A DNA stretch of 64,000 nucleotides from the human T2T-CHM13v2.0 reference genome, Homo sapiens: assembly GCF_009914755.1 (NCBI RefSeq), contig NC_060947.1; one strand, given 5' to 3'. Shown here one piece after another: positions 46,781 to 64,000 of the stretch (position 1 is its first letter; every line of letters begins with the position of its first letter). The notes under the pieces were generated by a model. The model was given only the letters and a program-made list of their open reading frames with translations, did no database searches and was not told where the DNA came from. Made by a program: the position numbers and the translations under genes.

Positions 46781-47914
46781 TCATTTACGATACAATCTCT
46801 GGCCTAGGTGGTTCAGGGGTTTTTAAAACAAGCAGAGGAATGCACAACGTGCAGAGAAGAACATTCTCTGCAAGATAAGTATCTGGACCAAGGTGAGGTG
46901 GAGAGGCCTATCTCTTTGAAACCTCAGTTACGAGAAACATAAGCTAAGATAGAAAAAAGGGTGGCAGCATGATGTGGTCTTGTGGGCTGTCATTCAAACA
47001 CATACATCACATACAGGTGGTTCTAGGGGTTCCCAGAGACACTGGCTGATGGGTGCTGATGAGGAAGATCAGATGGGTCAGCACAAGACTCAAAAAGGGA
47101 TTTTATATATTAAAAAGTCCCTGTCGATTGGAGGTATGATATGCTGAGATTTTAAAAGTTCCCATCAAGAAGTTGACAAATTTATTGAAAGTCTATTTAT
47201 ATTTATCAAGTTTGTTTTGGTCCTGTTTGTTTTGGAGATGTTAAATGATTTCATTAAAACCATCATTGCTAATAAATTAAGTGTATTTATTTTCCTGGGG
47301 ATCTAAGAGGACACCTGCATGCAGAGGACAGCATGAATATCCAGGAAAGACCTGAGAATGCCCAAACCGCTCACCTCACACTGTACACAAAAATTAACTT
47401 CTAAGAGACTTATACTTCCAGGTTTATGATCAATTTGGAGTTAATTTTTGTGTATGGTGTGAGGTAACGGTCCAACTTCATTCTTTTGCATGTAGATATC
47501 CTATGGTCCTAAGCACTGTTTGTTGAAGATTGACTGTTCTTTTCACTTTGAATAGGTCTTGGCGTCTTTGTCAAAAATCAACTGACCATAGATCTAAGGG
47601 TTTATTTCTAGACTCTCAGTTCTATTCCATTGATCTCTAGCCAGTAGCCCACTATCTTGATTATTGTAGGTCTATAGTCAGTGCTACAATTGATAAGTTC
47701 TCCATCATTTTCTTGTTTTTCAAGATTGTTTGGCTATTCTGAGTCCTTTGAATTTCCATATGAATTTTAAGGTCAGCTTATCCACTTCTGCAAAAAATCC
47801 ATCTGGGATTTTGTCAGGAATTGTGTTGAGTTTGTCACCCGATTTAGGTCTGCTTGACTCTTACACCACAGGCCCAGCCACAGTCAGTCCTTCCAATCAA
47901 GTCAGTCAAAGAAC

Positions 47915-48160
47915 AACAGTAAGGCTAATGCTTACTGAGCACTCACCTTGTTCCAAGGACTGTGCTGAGTGCTTCACATGGCTCCTCCCATGTCATCCTT
48001 ACAGTGATCCTAGGAGGTAGGGCTTCTTATTATCTTCATGTAAGAGATAAGGAAACTGAGGTGCAGACAAGTCAGGTGACTTACCCAAGGTGACAGTTCA
48101 GAAGTGGCAGAGGTAGAGTTTAGACCCAAGAAGTCTGACTCCAAAGCCCTTGACTTTCTC
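47915..48160 (-). mobile_element. MIR
   Basis: agataaggaaactgagg...gtgacttacccaaggtgaca...tctgactccaaagccc. Confidence 0.85.
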
Positions 48161-48879
48161 AACTCAATATATAATACAAAGAGATCTTAATAAACCCATT
48201 TTTAAAAGGCAAGCAATCTGGCAGAAAAATGGGGGAAGAATGTGAACAATTTACCAAAGAGGCAAATGCAAATGGCCAGTAAATATATGATGCTCCATTT
48301 GACTACAATCAGGGGAATGCATAATAAGCAATGAGATATTATTTTGTCCATCATATTGGTAAAATATTTTTATTGATAAAATTCAGTGTTGGCGTGGGTC
48401 TGGGAAAACAGGTACTATTATAACAACATCAGTGACAGTGCATAATGGCAAATCCACTTTGGAAAACAATTTGGCAGCGTTTTTTATAATATAAAAAACA
48501 CATATCTTTGGTCCTAGCAGTCACAATGCACTTAGGCACAAAGGACATGGACAAGAATGTCCACTGTAGCCCTATTTGTAATTGCATAAAAAGGAAATAA
48601 ACCACGTGTCTGCCAGTAAGGAAATGGCAATACAGGTCATGGCCAAATCCACACTACTGGAACGCTGGCTCCACAAGGCACAGGTTTATGTGTGATTTGT
48701 CCATGGCTGTAGCCCCAAAGCCTAAAACAGTAACTGATACACAGCTGGCACTCAGACATTTACTGAATGCATACTATGGCATACCGTGCAGTGCTTAAAA
48801 CGAATAAGGGATGTGTGTATATATATATGCGCACATATATGTATGTGTATATATATTATATATCTATAAATATATATTT

Positions 48880-49262
48880 CCTTATTTGGAAAAAGGATCT
48901 CTGCAGATGTAATTAAGTGAAAGATCTCAAGATGAGATCATCCTGGATTATCCAGGTGGGCCTTAAACCCACTAACAAGCATCTTTGTAAGAGAAAGGAG
49001 AGAGACACAGAAAGGGGAACACCACGTGACAACAGAGGCAGAGATTGGAGTGATGCAACCACAAACCAAGGAACACCTAGAGCCACCAGAAGTGGGGAAA
49101 GTCAAGGAAAGATTCTTCCCTAGAGCCTTCAGAGAGAATGTGGCCCAACCAACACCTTGATATAGAACTTCTAGCATCCAGAACAGTGACAGAATAAAGT
49201 TCTGTTGTTTTAAGCCATCTAGTTTGTGGTACATTCCTAAGGCAGCTGGAAAAAACCAACAT
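48880..49262 (+). mobile_element. MaLR LTR (MLT1C/D-like)
   Basis: gcagatgtaattaag...gattatccaggtgggcc...ttctgttgttttaagcca. Confidence 0.85.
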
Positions 49263-49491
49263 AGACATGTTCTCTAAGGATTTCAATACACATTAAATGA
49301 AAGAGCCTCACACCTGTTAACATTAAAAAAACAAAAAAAAAGACCAAACAATTTCTATCTGTAGATGCACCTAACAGCATTGAAAACTAATTGGGATCAA
49401 CATGCCCCAAACTGACTACAGTAGTTCTCATGTCAGTTAGAAGGGAGAAGGGTCAAGGGAAACCTTGGCTTTACTTTATAAGTAGTTATCA

Positions 49492-50773
<1,282 letters not shown>

Positions 50774-50870
50774 TAAAATATATCATTTTTCTTGCGCATA
50801 TATTCTGAGTGGATGATACACATTAATCACTACTGTTTGTTTTTAATAGTTTATTTGATTTACTACTCAC

Positions 50871-50933
50871 GCTTTACTGAGGAAGTTTCTTTCACTGCAT
50901 CCTCCAGGTTAAAATCATCAAAGTCCCCAGATC
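50871..50933 (-). CDS. CD99L2: CD99L2 coding exon 2 (63 nt, phase 1-1): (G)SGDFDDFNLEDAVKETSSVK(Q)
   Basis: Minus strand reads tttttag|GATCTGGGGACTTTGATG...GTAAAGC|gtgagt; the translation matches the CD99L2 N-terminal ectodomain as recalled and splices in frame to the next exon. Confidence 0.95.
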
Positions 50934-51020
50934 CTAAAAATTAAAAAAAAAAATTAAACTATCTTTGCATAAAACAAAGTAATAATGAAATATCCTCTAG
51001 AAATGGTCATTTCCCTTTAG

Positions 51021-55010
<3,990 letters not shown>

Positions 55011-55020
55011 ATTATTTTTA

Positions 55021-55185
55021 TTAGCCCGGCATGGTGGTGCACGCCTGTAGTCCCAATTACTTGGAAGGCTGAGGAAGGAGGATCGCTGGAGGCTAGGAGT
55101 TTGAGGTTACAGTGAGTGTGTATTGCTCTCTAGCATGGGCGACAGAGTGAGGCCCTGTCTGTAAAAAGCAACGATAACAAAACAA
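55021..55185 (+). mobile_element. FRAM / Alu right monomer
   Basis: ttagcccggcatggtggtgcacgcctgtagtccca... Confidence 0.8.
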
Positions 55186-55779
55186 AGATTTTAAAATTTA
55201 ACTGTCTTTGTATGAAACAAAATAATACTGAAATTCTCTCCTGAAATGGTCATGGCCCTTTAGACAGTGTCATGAATGTAACTCCACAAAAGGGAAATCT
55301 GTCAAAGCCACTCAAAGATATACTGAGCTGATAGCCTTCCTCAAACAACCTATCTATCCCCACCAAAAATAAAAATTAAAAAATAAAAACAAAACAAAAC
55401 CCCAAGCTTCAGTCCACTAGAATGTTGAAGGCTCAGGTGTTTCGAACATGAAGTACTATCTCACAGAAAACCTTCTCCATAGAGAAGTAAGAGGGGTCAT
55501 TGGAGCCCACAGCTCCACTGATGAGGGGCCAAGTTCTTCCACCCCACCCCAGGTCTCACAAAGGCTACTCTATACTTTGTCAATCCAGGGTACCTTCTCT
55601 CCGATCCCCAGTACCCCACCTAGACTAGAGGCTCTGGCTAATCACACATAACTGAAAAAGCTCTGGGGAAAAGTTTTTCACAATAGAATTTGTCCTCACA
55701 AGTGGACCCATCTGCCCAACCTAGCGTCCTACTGAACTTGATAGCTACTGTTTCCTCTAGATGGGCACGTAGTTTGTCA

Positions 55780-58170
<2,391 letters not shown>

Positions 58171-58359
58171 TCAATTTCTTATAGCAAAACCAATTAGGGG
58201 CAACTGCTAAATGAAGAGATCCAGGATATATAACCTCAAAACCCATTTAAGGGGAAAAAATAAAAGGACAATAGCAACAACCAAAACTCAGTCAACCCAA
58301 CAAAAGTCACCAGAGGTTAAAAAAAAAAAAAAAAGAACTATGATAAATAGAAAACAAAC

Positions 58360-60345
<1,986 letters not shown>

Positions 60346-62299
60346 CAAGAACTCTTTGTATTAATAATAGACATTATTGGGACAATTGTTAAAACTTGGA
60401 TGGGGTCTGAGGATTTAGTGGTAATAAGGTATCAGTGTTAGTGTCCTGATTCTGATGGTTGCATTGTAGATATGTAAGAAGATGTCCTTATTTGTAGGAA
60501 ATGCACTCTAATATATTGGGGGTGGGGGTGATAAGGCATTAGGTAACCAATTTACTCTCAAGTGGCTTGGTGGGGGAAAAAAAAGTTCCTTGCACTGTAC
60601 TTGCCAATTTTCTGAAAGTTTATAATTATTTCAACATTAAAAAATTAAAATATGCAAATACTTCAACCCAGCAATTCAATTTCTAGGTACCTGTTACAGA
60701 CAAATACTAGAAACACGTACCCAAAGAAGTATGGACAAGGATGCTTACAACAGGAAAAAGAAATGGAAACAGTCCAAGTGTTCAGCAAAGATGACTGGTG
60801 AAATGAAATATGGCTCTTCCATACAATTAATGATTGTGTAGCTGTTAAAAAGAATGGAATAAGCCTATAATAGTGGCATGCAAGAGATCTCCACAATACA
60901 CTAATAAATAAAGCAAAGTGCAGAGAAGTATTTTTCCATTTGCGTGTCTGTATCCATATCTATATCCATAAACATCTTCTGGAAGTTTACACAGGGAAAC
61001 TGGTAACAGTAGTTATGTTTAGGGAATGAGAGTAACGGTCAGGGGAAGGGAGAGGGAGCATTTTACATTAATTTAAACTCTTTTCTGCCTTTTTGTTTTC
61101 AATCCATGTACGTGTATTTCTCCTAAAAGTTCTACATCAATCCCTCCAAAGCCATAAGCCTACCATCTCAATGGGTCTTCCTTCAAATCTCTATCTCTGC
61201 TTCCTCACCCAAGAATTGCAAAAGTAGGTTCTCTGAAATGACATCTTACACAATAAGACGTTTTTAGCCTCAGCCATTCCCCCTACTGCTTGCTCATATA
61301 TCCTGCTACATGTCATCGGGTAAATATGTTAAGAGGAACATAACACAATGTTGTGCTATGTACCCATCCCTTGTTGACCTTGGATTCAACAGACTCAAAC
61401 TATCTGTGGATAAAACCATTCAGTTTCAATCTAGATCCTGAGCTATTAAGATGTCTTCAAAGCCCACAAGCAAGCACAGTTGCTAAAATCAAGTTCAGAA
61501 GAAATATTCTCAGGAGATACAATGCACCTCAAAAGGTGCAAAATAGGGTCATGTTCTATACCCCTTCTATGCAAGCTATTAACTAAACTCAGTTTTGGAT
61601 GCAGGCAGACCACAGTCCTCTGTGTTAGTGACACAGACTAACCCTCTGGCACCAACACGCATTAGAAAACAGCTGATTCACCATAGGCTCAATTCACAAC
61701 CCGCAGTCCCTGTATCTGGGCAGCCAGTATTCAAGTATTCAGCAGAAAATTACTTCCACCGCAGAGGGCCACCAAGAATTCCTTTTAATGTAAAAAGCAC
61801 CTAATGAGCTGATAATACTTCTCTGAAAATGTCCTTTGGCAATGTTGCCCATGGACTTGTGCATGTCCTTGAGAAGATTAATTTCATAAGAAAAGTGCTG
61901 TTTCCACCCACAGACACTCCAACAGCCAGTGTCTGTCCTGGAGTAGATTTTGTCCCTTTGGGAAGGAACACAAGCTTGACCTCATGTTGCAATTTGACCC
62001 AACAGGACTGGCATCTAAAGCTAAGGCTAAGGGTGCACTTCAATAAAGGCTGTAAAACAAGGCACAGCTGCCCTTGTTAGAGAATTCCACCCTGAACTGG
62101 CTGTGATCCAGCACCTGCCAATGCCTGATTGAAACGTCTGATCCTTGAGAGAGATCATTTGATGGGCCCCTTAAGTAGCCTTTCATTTGGATTTCATTAA
62201 TTATTCATTCCCTCCTCTGTTGTTGCTATCCACTCCACTCAGTTCATCCTGAAAGTACAGCCATTCCAGTTAAGTGTTTTTGTGTGTCCTCTCTCTAGA

Positions 62300-62512
62300 C
62301 TCGCCCCACTTAACATGGTAGCCACTAGCCACATGTGGCCGTTTAAATTAAAATTAGCATTCGATAATTTTTTTAAATTCTGCTTCTTTATTGCACTAAC
62401 CATATTTCAATGCTTGATAGCCACATGCAGCAGGTAACTACTGTGTTTGACAGCACAGACAGAGAACATTTCCATCATCACAGAAAGTTCCATAGGACAG
62501 TGCTGCTCTAGA
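62300..62512. mobile_element. MER3/MER33 (hAT-Charlie)
   Basis: ggtagccactagccacatgtgg...gaacatttccatcatcacagaaagttc...ggacagtgctg. Confidence 0.85.
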
Positions 62513-63005
62513 CAGTGAGCTGCCTTAAGCAGGGACTGGCGCTTGGTAATCTCCATGCCAACACCACACACAGACCTGGCAGCAAGAAAGCATTTCCTAA
62601 AGGTGTGTTCATTTTGATTACCAAAACTCTGTCACCAGTAGATAGTACCTGATATTACTTTGTGACAAAATCCATTTGGATTTCATGCCAAGAGCAAGCA
62701 TCTCTGCAGAGGAACGTGTCTGCTGCCTGCTGCTGGATTAATAACTGCAGAGGCAGCTGGGACCCCTGGCTGCCAAAGATTTCAGACGCAAAGTAGGGAT
62801 TCTAGCAGGGAGATTGGCACCTCTCAAGTGGCCAGTTACATTTATTTCCCCTGCTCTCTAAGGATGGTTTCTATTCTACCTTCTTCCTTTGTACATGTAA
62901 GCAGTTTACAATTTGGGGGGAAGATGGGCCAGTATAAATCCTAAGTGAGTGAATACTCACCTAAACTGCATCGGTTTTTAAATTTTAAAATCCTGACCCT
63001 TTTCT

Positions 63006-63385
<380 letters not shown>

Positions 63386-64000
63386 TCATAGATGCATCAT
63401 CTCAGGATTTTCCATTTCTCTGCCTTAATGGAGGCTAAGTACTCACACTATCCCTACGTTTGTCCAGGAAAGCCAGGACGCCACTCACCTGCCTGTCATC
63501 TGGGCTTACTGCCTGCACCTACACCACAAATTCAAGGGAATAGAGCTATTTATCAAAAAGGAAACCAACTTGGTCAATGGTGAGACCATTAACAAAAGCA
63601 AACAAGGCCCACTATAACATGGACCAGAATCAAAGTTGGACCTGAGGGATTGAATCGTGACCCAGCAAATGTGACAGTGGCACAAGCCTCTAGATCACTT
63701 GGGTTCAAGGAATAACACTCAAATCAGTCCCAGTAGATTGAGTCTGCTAATGGACGGGTGGGGAGCATAGCTTGATTCAACTTGAAATGAGCCATTTAAT
63801 AAGAATGTTTCACCATCATATGATAAAGACCTCACCTGATGCAGCTGCTTGCAAAGACTTGCCTTTCCCCTGCCCTCTGGCAAGGGGGTGATTAATCAAA
63901 GGAAAGCCTGCAGGTCAGAAAAACAGCTTCACACCTCCCTGTCTACCATGGAAACATTCCTGGACACTGCTTGTGGGAAATCTATGCGACAAACTCACTG

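Overview
This is primate, very probably human, genomic DNA from inside the CD99L2 gene (CD99 antigen-like 2, Xq28), which lies on the minus strand. Six coding exons (exons 2-7) can be assembled with canonical AG/GT sites. They splice in frame to GSGDFDDFNLEDAVKETSSVKQ-PWDHTTTTTTNRPGTTRAPAKPPG-SGLDLADALDDQDDGRRKPGIGGRE-RWNHVTTTTKRPVTTRAPANTLG-NDFDLADALDDRNDRDDGRRKPIAGGGG-FSDKDLEDIVGGGEYKPDKGKG, which matches the CD99L2 ectodomain as I recall it. The rest is repeat-dense intron: L1 of many ages, about 30 Alu/FLAM/FRAM elements, MaLR LTRs, Charlie/Tigger DNA transposons, a PPIA processed pseudogene and two long polypurine tracts. The most informative structure is an old intragenic tandem duplication of the exon 3/4 module that produced exons 5/6. 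It contains a 254-bp perfectly identical intronic tract (apparent recent gene conversion), and there are relics of a third, exon-less copy. Other signals are an L1 3' transduction, a candidate Alu-monomer 3' transduction, a ~460-bp templated insertion, an L1 with a ~75-bp flanking duplication and a candidate in-frame alternative exon. I see no new multi-gene system. Repeat subfamily calls and boundaries were made by eye and are approximate.
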